From an uncultured virus (IMG/VR IMGVR_UViG_3300031759_000012) (lineage: Duplodnaviria; Heunggongvirae; Uroviricota; Caudoviricetes): DNA of 64,000 nucleotides. The notes beneath the pieces are model-generated. The model had not been told where the DNA came from. It made no database searches and was given only the letters and a program-made list of their open reading frames with translations. Location: IMG/VR virus record IMGVR_UViG_3300031759_000012; one strand, given 5' to 3'. Position 1 is the first letter of the stretch, and each line of letters opens with the position of its first letter. Both the position numbers and the translations under genes were made by a program. Below are positions 9,753 to 18,781 of this stretch, in pieces.

Positions 9753-10225
9753 GCTGCTGTCATTTCCTTAACCTCTGCATCAGTAGCTCCGCTACCTTTT
9801 ACAAAAGCATTCCAACTTTTTGAATCGTGTTGAGATTTTAAAATAGAAATTTCTTCATCATTAAGTTCTGGAAATTTTTCTAATAACCATGAATCTATTT
9901 TGTTTTTCTTTTTAGTGTTTTTGGCTGCTATCCAAGGTCTTTTTTGAGATCCACCTAGACCGGTTACACATAGTAACTTATGTTGCAAGTCCGGATATTT
10001 GCTTAATGTCCAGAAGCCTAAATTTACAACATCATTTGTAGCAATCACAGCGTATGCACAGTTACTATTTTGCGAGGTCAATGAACTCATATAGCGCATT
10101 AGCACCAAAGGAGTGTAACCTTTTTTCTCTTTGTCAGTTAACCTATCATAATAATCTAGATCGCGGTTGTCTAGTGCATAAAGTACCTGTTGCAGATCTA
10201 AAATATATTTTTTATCCCCGGTCAT
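9734..10225 (-). CDS. conserved phage protein, possibly clamp-loader small subunit-like
   Basis: 163-aa helical ORF; weak resemblance to the T4 gp62 pattern (Y.P....R.MS). Confidence 0.4.
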   Translation of the reverse strand: MTGDKKYILDLQQVLYALDNRDLDYYDRLTDKEKKGYTPLVLMRYMSSLTSQNSNCAYAVIATNDVVNLGFWTLSKYPDLQHKLLCVTGLGGSQKRPWIAAKNTKKKNKIDSWLLEKFPELNDEEISILKSQHDSKSWNAFVKGSGATDAEVKEMTAAWSKEK

Positions 10226-10391
10226 TTTTCTACCTTTAAGATTCTAACTGTATTATTTTATCATTTATCTGGTGTTGCAACAAATCAGACGCGATCAACG
10301 CACTGTTTATCGTTTTTACATAAATAAGTTTATCTAGCATTATGCGGCTGCCCAACTGCGTAGCCCTAGAACGGCATTAAGGAGAAACAAC

Positions 10392-11486
10392 ATGGGACGT
10401 CCGATTAATAAGAGATACATAGGTAATGTATCAATTGGTGGTCAACAAATAGAAGCCACTGCATACTTCATCCAAAATGGTGGTCCTGCGCCTGCGTATA
10501 TCGCAGCTCAAAAGGCTACAAATACTTATAATTTTGTGTCATTGGATGGACAATTTACTGAACGCTTGGAACTAACCAATGGCGGAGTTGCACTCCAACC
10601 CGGACAAGCAAATATTACGGTGCAACCATACGGATCAACAGGGTGCGGTGCGACAGCTACAGCTAACTTAGGGGTACAGTCGTTTAGTTTAACCTCGGGT
10701 GGATCTGGAACAACTACAAACGGATATATCCCTGGACAAATACTAAGCATGAACGGCGGAACTCCGAGCGGAAACGACATAGCAAACGCTACCGTACTAT
10801 CAGTCACGTTAGGTGCTGCTAGAGTAACAACAGATACTGGCTATACTGTTGGAGACACATTTACCTGGAATTACGCTGGCTGGACAAGTCCAACTGTACT
10901 AACTGTTGCTAGCACATCAGGTAATGGAAACATTAGCGGTGTTACAATTACCAATGCTGGTTCTGTTTACAACTCAATGATCACTAACACAACTCCATTT
11001 AGTAGCAGTGTTAAAGCAAATGCATGGGCTACAAGCGCTGCATTCCAATTACGTTGGGATGTCAGCAGCATCAACTTGCTAAATGCAGGAGATTATACAT
11101 CTCTGCCATCTAACCCTGTTAGTTTCACTGCTCAATCAGGTCACGGAACAGGTGCTGAAGCTTCAGCAAGCTATGGAATATCATCTGTTAAGGTAACCCG
11201 CGGTGGTACAAACTATCAAGCTGTAAATGTTATAACAAATCCACCGGGCAATGCGATAATTTATGGCAACATAGGTTGCGGCGGTAGCGTAAGCGAACTG
11301 ACAGTTGTTGCACCTGGAACGTTTGGACCAACTATACCTACTCTAACAGTTGCACCAATCGCAAGCACAGAATATGCCGATGTAATTAGAAATCTTACTG
11401 TAACCACATTTAATTATAATACGTATGAATGGGTACCGACTGGTACTGTTCCACAACCTGGCCAGGCTGTTCTACAGTCTGCATAA
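10392..11486 (+). CDS. putative virion structural protein, Gly/Thr/Ser-rich beta repeats
   Basis: MGRP start, AAGGAG RBS, TAAATA at 10321-10326, repeats shared with the tail sheath insertion. Confidence 0.7.
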   Translation: MGRPINKRYIGNVSIGGQQIEATAYFIQNGGPAPAYIAAQKATNTYNFVSLDGQFTERLELTNGGVALQPGQANITVQPYGSTGCGATATANLGVQSFSLTSGGSGTTTNGYIPGQILSMNGGTPSGNDIANATVLSVTLGAARVTTDTGYTVGDTFTWNYAGWTSPTVLTVASTSGNGNISGVTITNAGSVYNSMITNTTPFSSSVKANAWATSAAFQLRWDVSSINLLNAGDYTSLPSNPVSFTAQSGHGTGAEASASYGISSVKVTRGGTNYQAVNVITNPPGNAIIYGNIGCGGSVSELTVVAPGTFGPTIPTLTVAPIASTEYADVIRNLTVTTFNYNTYEWVPTGTVPQPGQAVLQSA

Positions 11487-11514
11487 CTGCCCTGTCACAA
11501 ACAGGCAGACTCAG

Positions 11515-11560
11515 AAAATCCTTGATAATTAGCCGGAGCGAAATTATCAAGGATTTTTTT
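11515..11560. terminator. bidirectional intrinsic terminator
   Basis: 16-bp inverted repeat AAAATCCTTGATAATT / AATTATCAAGGATTTT plus T-run, between convergent genes. Confidence 0.75.
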
Positions 11561-12059
11561 AAAACATTTTTCTTATGTCTAAGTTGTCTGGTATTTTACC
11601 AGAATCTTTAACGAAAAAAGCACATAACGGGGACTCGCCGCCTGATAATGGCACAGCAAGTAAATGACCATTTTTTAATTTTGGAAAATACCATTTAACA
11701 TCCGGCCATGTGTTTACAATTTCTAATCTTAAAAAGCTAGGCATAAAACCGTTTATAGGATTAAAACAAAACACATCAAAATCTTTATCCATAAGGTATA
11801 CAAGCGGCATTATTTCCAAGTCGCCCATATTCATATCGCCAATTACAACGCTCCAATCAAGAGGCATCTGTATATTATATTTTCCAATTCTAATATCAAT
11901 ACAGGGGCTATTAAAACTTTCCAGAAATATCAGTGGAAGAAAAAAATAGTCAACATCATTTTGATTTGAGTAATCTAAAACGCAATATCGTAAATCGTCT
12001 ACCTTATCTGGAATTTGAGTTATAGAATATGCCTTGTTATCGTGAGTAAGTATTTTAAT
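11559..12059 (-). CDS. conserved phage hypothetical protein with a probable ATT start
   Basis: frame of ORF 11559-11867 stays open to 12104; AGGAG lies 7 nt before ATT at 12059, giving (M)KILTHDNKAY..., 166 aa. Confidence 0.65.
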   Translation of the reverse strand: MKILTHDNKAYSITQIPDKVDDLRYCVLDYSNQNDVDYFFLPLIFLESFNSPCIDIRIGKYNIQMPLDWSVVIGDMNMGDLEIMPLVYLMDKDFDVFCFNPINGFMPSFLRLEIVNTWPDVKWYFPKLKNGHLLAVPLSGGESPLCAFFVKDSGKIPDNLDIRKMF

Positions 12060-12120
12060 TGAATTTCTCCTGGCAAATGATGCCAGGTATTTACAATTTG
12101 AAGGTCAATATTTTTTTTAA

Positions 12121-12960
12121 TCAGTAAGTTATTTTTTTCATATTAGATGGATATTGAACATCTGCATAAAATTTTTTACGTTTTAATAAATGCCTGTTGG
12201 AAAATTTACATCTACTGGCTATATCATAAATCTCAACTGCGTCCTTGTCATCTGCTTTTCTTAGTCCTCTGCCAATGCTTTGTATAACTCTTACAAAACT
12301 TTTGCCTGGTTCTAACAACACTAGATTGAAAATTCTATTAATCGATATGCCTGTAGAGGTAGTACCATACGTGGCTATCATAATAGCATTATCAGCAAAA
12401 TTTATTTCGTCATATAATACTTTACGTTTAGTACTCTTCATTTGGCCGCTTATGAAGGTTGAATTTGGTATCAATTCTGAAAGAAGTTCACCTGTTTCAA
12501 TTCTATCTATCAACACCAACGTATTTCCACTTTTAGCAATTTCTAAAATTCGTTTTGCCAACCAACCTATACGATGTTTGTTTGTGGTTAAAAACTTTAG
12601 TTCTTCTTGGTAATTTTTGTAAATTATATCTTCTTGTGTTTGTTCTATATTCACGTGACACTGTGCTAGATGCCCTTGCTCTTGCAATTCTCTAGCAGTA
12701 AGTCTGCCTATCATTGGCCCTATGGCACTGAATAAACTTGCTTGATTATATTCCTCTTCCGGAATTGTGCCTGTGAGGCCCCAACGTATTGGAATATTTG
12801 AAAACGTGTTAGTTAGCAGCCCGTGCAATACATTCATGTTTTTCACACTATGACAGTTAGACACTACGGCCCGTTCTACTATATAATTGTGATCATCCTG
12901 TACATGTAGGTTGTAAACTTGATCAGGTTTACTGATTTCTCGGCGACTTAGCAGTTTCAT
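12121..12960 (-). CDS. uvsW: UvsW-like SF2 helicase, C-terminal fragment preceded by a 35-aa split-intein C-part
   Basis: IntC MKLLSRRE...VYNLHVQDDHNYIVERAVVSN (12960-12856), +1 Cys; helicase motifs GLTGT and QSIGRGLR. Confidence 0.9.
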   Translation of the reverse strand: MKLLSRREISKPDQVYNLHVQDDHNYIVERAVVSNCHSVKNMNVLHGLLTNTFSNIPIRWGLTGTIPEEEYNQASLFSAIGPMIGRLTARELQEQGHLAQCHVNIEQTQEDIIYKNYQEELKFLTTNKHRIGWLAKRILEIAKSGNTLVLIDRIETGELLSELIPNSTFISGQMKSTKRKVLYDEINFADNAIMIATYGTTSTGISINRIFNLVLLEPGKSFVRVIQSIGRGLRKADDKDAVEIYDIASRCKFSNRHLLKRKKFYADVQYPSNMKKITY

Positions 12961-13840
12961 ATAGGTATCCTATCTTTCTTGCAGTTTCAGAATCAAATCT
13001 AGCTAGATCTGGCAATGGTACATTAGACGTTAGCCATTGTTGATCAATTAGCAATATTTTATAATCGTGTTGTTTTGCCCAGTCTTTAAGGACAGTATAT
13101 TTTGCTTCCCATTTAGTGCCATTAAACAAGTTGTAAGGTTTGACCTCAACTACAAGTTTATCAACATGATCAATAAAATCAACGATGTACACATAATTCT
13201 TACCATCTAACATGTACATTAAACGAAGTTGTTCGTATTCAGATTGTTGATTATGATAATGGTATAATGCTTCCCAGCTAGATCTGTATTTTTTACCATC
13301 AAATGTTGAATTCCATCGACCAAATTGATTACTAGATTTTGGTGTAAATTTTCCAGTTAATATTAAATTTGTTATTGTTTTGGACAGATGGCACTTCTCC
13401 TCGTCAGAGTGTAGTCGTCCATACATTCCGTTATTTTTGCCAGAATTCTGTTGTCCTATTTTATGTTTGGTCTCCGTTGAATGTTTTTTACCTGTAAATG
13501 TACCAGGTTTTCCTTTACTCCAGGGTATGCCGGTGTTTAAATTTTTCCGTATAGTCTCACTGTTCATATTCCATGATTTTTTTCCTCGATTTATTGCCAA
13601 CTGATGTTTTATATCATATTCTGTTATTTCACCACAAAACAATTTATCAAAGTTTTCAATCCATATACTAGTACGTGTGTTGGACAATCTAAGCCTAAAT
13701 ACATTTTTATTTTTTCCCGTTATTATTACCCCATTCGACAACTTAATTAATGATCTATTATAGTCATCTATTCTTAGATTTTGATTATAATTTTCTAAAA
13801 TACTATTGAATCGCGTTATTATATTTTCATACGTTGCCAT
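12929..13840 (-). CDS. free-standing endonuclease (NUMOD3 repeats + PD-(D/E)XK, TnsA/gp4-like) between the UvsW intein halves
   Basis: NUMOD3-like GKKHSTETKHKIG and GRLHSDEEK; YRSSWE...YIVDF...VVEVKP. Confidence 0.78.
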   Translation of the reverse strand: MATYENIITRFNSILENYNQNLRIDDYNRSLIKLSNGVIITGKNKNVFRLRLSNTRTSIWIENFDKLFCGEITEYDIKHQLAINRGKKSWNMNSETIRKNLNTGIPWSKGKPGTFTGKKHSTETKHKIGQQNSGKNNGMYGRLHSDEEKCHLSKTITNLILTGKFTPKSSNQFGRWNSTFDGKKYRSSWEALYHYHNQQSEYEQLRLMYMLDGKNYVYIVDFIDHVDKLVVEVKPYNLFNGTKWEAKYTVLKDWAKQHDYKILLIDQQWLTSNVPLPDLARFDSETARKIGYLYETAKSPRNQ

Positions 13841-13876
13841 AAAATACCTATATGTCTTTGACTGTATGTATTTATG

Positions 13877-14887
13877 TTAATAGTTGATAATGTCGTGATC
13901 AACAGTTATTTCATCAGCTCGGCACCACCCGATGGTGGTTAAAAACTTATGATTACCAGTAACCTGTATTTTTGAATGATTATCAAATTCTAATTCATAC
14001 ATCTTTTCATTTGTTGAATCGGTTAGATTGCAATGTTGTTTTATTACAGTGTCAACTTTGAATTGTTGTAACTTCTCAGAATAGTTGATAACCTGTTGCC
14101 CAGACGATATATCCTTTATTGGAATATATCCGGTAGGTGTTAAAACACGCATATCACCATTAAAACATTCATCGCATACCACTGCCACTAGATTATCTAA
14201 AAACACAGCCAGTTGGTCATCATCTAAAGCATCTTTATTTTTCTTATCTAAAACATTTAAACTCTGCCACGTGCAAATAGTATGGGTGCGATTATATTCT
14301 TTTCTATCGCCAAATAGTACGCCGACATCTAGTCCAATATTTCTGTAATCTTCTTCTGTTTGCAGAACTAAATTTTTATTAGGAACGATAACGATTGTAC
14401 GACCATATTTTTGGGCAATCATAGATAGACTTGCTGTAATAATTGTTTTACCGGCACTAGTTGGTGCAACCGAAATTCCCTGTAAGTTATTGACGCACTC
14501 ATTAATGGCTTGAACTTGGTAATCTCTTAGAATAATAGGTTGCCCTGCAAATCTGTGTCCTGCAGGCCACACAATATGGCTTAAAAAATTTTCATCTATG
14601 TTATCAAATTCAAAAACGTGCTTAGTTCTTTTGTCAGTTATGGTAAATTCATAGCCTTCGTCAAGTAGAACAGGTAAAATTTTATCTAGCAAATTAAGGT
14701 ATGTTCTACCACCTAAAGTACAAAAACTTGTGGTCCCGTCCCATCGTCCTAGTTTAAATGCTGGACTATAGCGAGCATGTGGTAGAAAATATTTTACAGC
14801 GTTTACACATAACCGGCGTGTTTTGAGATCAAGTCCTTCTAGTTTTACTGTAGTTTCATCTTCAATTATTAATTCAACTTGTTTCAT
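13877..14887 (-). CDS. uvsW: UvsW-like SF2 helicase, N-terminal fragment ending in a 96-aa split-intein N-part
   Basis: LRDYQ, APTSAGKT, VVCDE followed by CFNGDMRVLTP (Cys at 14167) and block B VTGNHKF. Confidence 0.9.
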   Translation of the reverse strand: MKQVELIIEDETTVKLEGLDLKTRRLCVNAVKYFLPHARYSPAFKLGRWDGTTSFCTLGGRTYLNLLDKILPVLLDEGYEFTITDKRTKHVFEFDNIDENFLSHIVWPAGHRFAGQPIILRDYQVQAINECVNNLQGISVAPTSAGKTIITASLSMIAQKYGRTIVIVPNKNLVLQTEEDYRNIGLDVGVLFGDRKEYNRTHTICTWQSLNVLDKKNKDALDDDQLAVFLDNLVAVVCDECFNGDMRVLTPTGYIPIKDISSGQQVINYSEKLQQFKVDTVIKQHCNLTDSTNEKMYELEFDNHSKIQVTGNHKFLTTIGWCRADEITVDHDIINY

Positions 14888-14889
14888 TG

Positions 14890-15357
14890 TTAGCCACCTT
14901 TTGTATCAAGATTAGCATCTTCCATGCCAACTACTCGTAGTCGAACAATGTTTGATATTTGCCAATTTTTAATTTCTAGTCCCTTCATAAGGGCTAGGTA
15001 TTTGTTTCTTACTAGGCCTACTTCATTAATAATCATATTCATGCTGACAATATCGTCCTCGCCATCAATGTATTTTTCTATACTGCGATCAGTTAAATCA
15101 CGCTGGTATCTTTCTAGATATTTTCTATAATGATCGCTTCGCATTTTGTCATATTTGATATTAAGATGTTTTAGGATAGCTTCTATTTCCTGAAGCTGCC
15201 CAAACCTGTGCGAGGTGATACCCGATAATTCTTGCGAATTTTTTTCCAGTTTACCAGATATTTTAGGTTCATTTTTAGCTGAATCAAGTTCGCTATTATA
15301 GTAATCAATTGCCGAAGGAATTTCAGCTAGATTTTCTACTATACGATTATACCACAT
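14890..15357 (-). CDS. uvsY: UvsY-like recombination mediator
   Basis: 155-aa helical protein, YIDGE motif, located between uvsX and uvsW. Confidence 0.7.
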   Translation of the reverse strand: MWYNRIVENLAEIPSAIDYYNSELDSAKNEPKISGKLEKNSQELSGITSHRFGQLQEIEAILKHLNIKYDKMRSDHYRKYLERYQRDLTDRSIEKYIDGEDDIVSMNMIINEVGLVRNKYLALMKGLEIKNWQISNIVRLRVVGMEDANLDTKGG

Positions 15358-15372
15358 TAAAACACATATCTA

Positions 15373-15840
15373 TTATAAAGTTTTCCACAATTTCCAATCT
15401 AAGGCTTTGAGTAACAGCAATGTTTTTGCTTGCAGTTGAAGTTGCAGCCACACCACTTCATTTGGATCTTTTCTAGCAACTGCATGCTCTACTTCGACTA
15501 TTAATTTACGTAAATCATGATCAGTTAACACAAATGCCTGAGATAAAGCTTCTGCATATGATGTGTGCACAGGTGTTTCTGGTACATCTTCATTTGGTTC
15601 ATTTTCAGGTTTTGGTAATTTTATCGTTTTACGCTTAATTAATGATTCTAGTGTTTCTTGTTTGGTTTCAAATTTTGGAACATCATTTTCGATGTGAATA
15701 TTTTGAATCAACATAGAATCGTCAGCGTCTTGTTGATTTAGCACAGGATCAACGGATAGTTTATCGTGTTCTTCAACAACGGAGTTGTCTGTAGACAACT
15801 CCGTTGTAGTGCTTGTGTTTTCGTTTATAGCTGTGCGCAT
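15373..15840 (-). CDS. hypothetical protein
   Basis: ORF 15373-15918; start at 15840 avoids overlap with the upstream gene. Confidence 0.5.
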   Translation of the reverse strand: MRTAINENTSTTTELSTDNSVVEEHDKLSVDPVLNQQDADDSMLIQNIHIENDVPKFETKQETLESLIKRKTIKLPKPENEPNEDVPETPVHTSYAEALSQAFVLTDHDLRKLIVEVEHAVARKDPNEVVWLQLQLQAKTLLLLKALDWKLWKTL

Positions 15841-15856
15841 TAAACGATCTTTAAAT

Positions 15857-16096
15857 TTATTCTTCTTCGTATTCAGGTTCATCTTCATATCCTTCATCGA
15901 GGCTACTTGCCAGTTCATCTAGTGCGTAGTCCAAATGCTCATCTTCTTCCCTTAATTCTTCTAGGTCATCAAGATCTATATCTGCATCTATAAAGATTTT
16001 AAGAAACCGAACAGCAGCATCATTTTTCTTACCAGGTGGTACAAAATCTGAAAATAGCTCCCAAGTTTCCAATAGTACGTGTTCAGAAATTTCCAT
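15857..16096 (-). CDS. small acidic hypothetical protein
   Basis: 79-aa D/E-rich ORF with AGGAG RBS, directly after uvsX part 3. Confidence 0.65.
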   Translation of the reverse strand: MEISEHVLLETWELFSDFVPPGKKNDAAVRFLKIFIDADIDLDDLEELREEDEHLDYALDELASSLDEGYEDEPEYEEE

Positions 16097-16097
16097 G

Positions 16098-16625
16098 TTA
16101 TTCTCCTATATCAGTTACCGTATCATTGTCTAGACTGTCTTGTGTTTGTAATAGTTTGCTTTCATCCCACTCATTCATGATTTGATCTAGAAGTGACGTA
16201 GGTATAGCTGAACGAAAATATTTGTGTTCTTTACCTGAGTTGTCAACATATTTTAGTTTTGTACTATCTTTTACTAAGACACCTTTCTTCTCAAAAAGGT
16301 CAATGAGACCACTATAAGGATCCATACCTGTATCCCAAGGGATTTTTATTTCAACGTTTTCAAACGGCTTGTTATATCTAGTCTTCATAATTTTGCATGC
16401 AGCACGAATACCACGAACATCTGTAACCTTTTTACCATCTTCGTCTTCTTTAAGCTTGCGCTTTTGCATAGCTACAACAATTGATGATGCATAAATGAAA
16501 CCCGAGTTATGGCTGACTACGCCGCTATCTAATAGATAATGATGCGCATCGGGCACTGATATATCATATACTTTTTTGATACCTATATTTTTTTTACTTT
16601 TAATTTTGATTTTTTGTAGCGACAT
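16098..16625 (-). CDS. uvsX: UvsX/RecA fragment 3, preceded by a 40-aa split-intein C-part
   Basis: IntC MSLQKIKIKSKK...VYDISVPDAHHYLLDSGVVSHN (16625-16506), +1 Ser, then GFIYASSIVV...KTRYNKPF. Confidence 0.92.
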   Translation of the reverse strand: MSLQKIKIKSKKNIGIKKVYDISVPDAHHYLLDSGVVSHNSGFIYASSIVVAMQKRKLKEDEDGKKVTDVRGIRAACKIMKTRYNKPFENVEIKIPWDTGMDPYSGLIDLFEKKGVLVKDSTKLKYVDNSGKEHKYFRSAIPTSLLDQIMNEWDESKLLQTQDSLDNDTVTDIGE

Positions 16626-17595
16626 TTTTGATATACTCCTTTACCATTTTAATTGATTCTAGCATGTTATCTGATTCCCAAACTACTATAGTATGATACC
16701 CTCTGGTATTCAACATACACTGTTGTTTGTTTTTATCTCTGTCCCATATTTCTTGTGCTGTTAAATTTGTTTGTTTATGTAAGTATTCAGAATTATATTT
16801 TTTTGGATTACAATGCCAATAGTCTCCATAAAATTCAACACAAAGATTAAATTCTGGGACAACAAAATCGAAAAAATAATAACAATTAAAATTTGAATCT
16901 AAAATTCCATATTCACCATTTTCATTGCAGGCACTATAAATTTTGCAGCCAGCAAATATATTGCTTAATTCTAGAAAAAAGTTATTTGCCTTTTCTGAAT
17001 TATGTCTATTTTTAAATTTTTTAGACCATAACTTTCGTCCTGCTACTTCTCCATGATTGTTAATATACCCATCTAGTGTATAATTTATTTTTCTAGATTC
17101 ACATAGAGCATTATATTTCAAAGTTCCTTCAGTTTCTCCAAATTTTGATATAAAATATTGCAAAGACATATTATCAGAGCGTTGCATAATGTATGATTTA
17201 GCCTCATCCTCACTCATTCCATGTTCCATCCAATATTCTTTGCAAAATGGAGATCTACGTTTTCTTTCAACCGTATCATATTTTTCTAATCTCAGTTGAC
17301 TATTAGCATGTTGCACTATAGAAACTTGCTTGGTAGCATTTTCCATAGTGTATCCCTTCTTTATCCAATAATCAACGCTACGCGGACTTCGAGATTTCTG
17401 AAGTTGAGATATTTTTTCTTGCGATTCCTGCAATGACAATCCTTTTTTTAGCCAATATTCAGCCGAAGTTTGACTGATTTTTTTAGGCTGTTTTAACTTT
17501 CTGTTGTTTTTGCACAATGATGAACATACATATTGTATAGTCATTATACTATCTTTTTTTCTTATCATTTTTCCGCATTCAACACATGGTTTCAT
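16600..17595 (-). CDS. free-standing homing endonuclease, Vsr/DUF559-like, between the halves of UvsX intein 2
   Basis: YFFDF...VEFYGDYWHCNP...D..K...GY....VWE; YWxKKG repeats; GGAGG RBS before ATG 17595. Confidence 0.82.
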   Translation of the reverse strand: MKPCVECGKMIRKKDSIMTIQYVCSSLCKNNRKLKQPKKISQTSAEYWLKKGLSLQESQEKISQLQKSRSPRSVDYWIKKGYTMENATKQVSIVQHANSQLRLEKYDTVERKRRSPFCKEYWMEHGMSEDEAKSYIMQRSDNMSLQYFISKFGETEGTLKYNALCESRKINYTLDGYINNHGEVAGRKLWSKKFKNRHNSEKANNFFLELSNIFAGCKIYSACNENGEYGILDSNFNCYYFFDFVVPEFNLCVEFYGDYWHCNPKKYNSEYLHKQTNLTAQEIWDRDKNKQQCMLNTRGYHTIVVWESDNMLESIKMVKEYIKNVATKNQN

Positions 17596-17600
17596 GTGGT

Positions 17601-17652
17601 TTGCCCTCCAGTAATTTGTGTACGGTATATTTAGCAAATTACTGGAGGGCAA
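17601..17652 (-). promoter_or_regulatory. RBS-sequestering hairpin with a late promoter in the loop
   Basis: perfect 18-bp inverted repeat TTGCCCTCCAGTAATTTG / CAAATTACTGGAGGGCAA; loop holds TAAATA (17628-17633, minus); 3' arm holds the GGAGG of the nuclease gene. Confidence 0.8.
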
Positions 17653-17662
17653 GGATTATTAG

Positions 17663-18781
17663 TTAAACAAGTTGTAGGATTTCATCATTTACGTACAATT
17701 CCGCTACAGTTTTCCATACTAATTGATTATTAGACTGTTGCGTTGAAAACTTATGTTCGTTAGTGGCCTGAATTATTTCACCAGTTTCTAATTCAATTTC
17801 GATTACTTCTTTGTCATCAAATGTAAAAGTTTCTGAAACATCAATATCACCATCTAATGTCACAACAACATCCCCTTGCCGAATATCTTCAATATTCTTT
17901 GATGAACCGTCTGCCATCCAGATTTTGTGTCCGGCTGTTAAACAACCGCCTGAAATTTTGTCATCTGGATCAAACATGTCTTGTGATTGATAACTATGAT
18001 TAGTCACAACCATGCCTACATCATACTCGCCGAACATGTTCACGCAGTTGCGTACTAGTGCAGCCAGCGCCCGTGGTTTACGTCCCATGTCTCCTTTGAG
18101 GTCGCCTGCTTCAAATTGGTTTACATCGGTAGGTGTTAGCAACATGCCAAGACTATCAAGTACAAAAAGAGTCTTCTTGCGTTCTTCAGGAGCCAGGTCT
18201 TTGTACCATGCCATATAACCGGTAATAGTTTTAGCAACATCGTCAATCATAGCTAGGTTGACTTTGAAAAGCTTATCTGGATCAGTATCAACGCCAAGAG
18301 GTTTTAACCACTTTTCATCTAATGCGTTTTCTGTATCAATTAAGACAACAAATATACCTTGTTGCTGTGCATTCCGAACCATATTACCAGAACAGATATA
18401 AGATTTACCAGAATTATGACTAGAAAATCCATCTCCCCAGTAACGGTGGTTATCATGTAGGACTTCGAAATCAAAACATTCTTGATCATCTATGTCTGTA
18501 GTTGCAATAACAGTTTGCGGTCCGCTTGTAGTTAATAAAACATCGCCTACATTCACTTCTCCAGCTAATACCCAATCTTCTGAATCTAATTGTAGAAGAT
18601 GGGTATATGCACATGATGTAGTGTGTGATTCCGTAATTATTGAAACCATTTGTAATTTGCCCTTATCAAACCATTGACCTATCGGTTGATAACCATCGGG
18701 TGTATCTATTTCAATATGGTAATTATTACTAGCGACCATGTTTTTTAATAGTTCTATAGTAACTTCCTGCTCAATAAACAT
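17663..18781 (-). CDS. uvsX: UvsX/RecA fragment 2: IntC(1, 123 aa) - RecA core (156 aa) - IntN(2, 93 aa)
   Basis: ...HRYWGDGFSSHN|SGKSYIC; RecA motifs IDTENALD, VLDSLGML, GDMGRKP, VTNHSY; DKISGG|CLTAGHKIWMADG (Cys at 17944), block B QATNEHKF. Confidence 0.93.
   Translation of the reverse strand: MFIEQEVTIELLKNMVASNNYHIEIDTPDGYQPIGQWFDKGKLQMVSIITESHTTSCAYTHLLQLDSEDWVLAGEVNVGDVLLTTSGPQTVIATTDIDDQECFDFEVLHDNHRYWGDGFSSHNSGKSYICSGNMVRNAQQQGIFVVLIDTENALDEKWLKPLGVDTDPDKLFKVNLAMIDDVAKTITGYMAWYKDLAPEERKKTLFVLDSLGMLLTPTDVNQFEAGDLKGDMGRKPRALAALVRNCVNMFGEYDVGMVVTNHSYQSQDMFDPDDKISGGCLTAGHKIWMADGSSKNIEDIRQGDVVVTLDGDIDVSETFTFDDKEVIEIELETGEIIQATNEHKFSTQQSNNQLVWKTVAELYVNDEILQLV

Noticed and set aside
13810..13900. 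Sequestering hairpin for the UvsW-associated nuclease
   Set aside because: Only a weak, mismatched pairing was found; the TAAATA motif is present but the structure is not supported.
17596..17652. TTG start at 17652 for the nuclease
   Set aside because: It lies in the hairpin arm upstream of the promoter; ATG 17595 has a GGAGG RBS.
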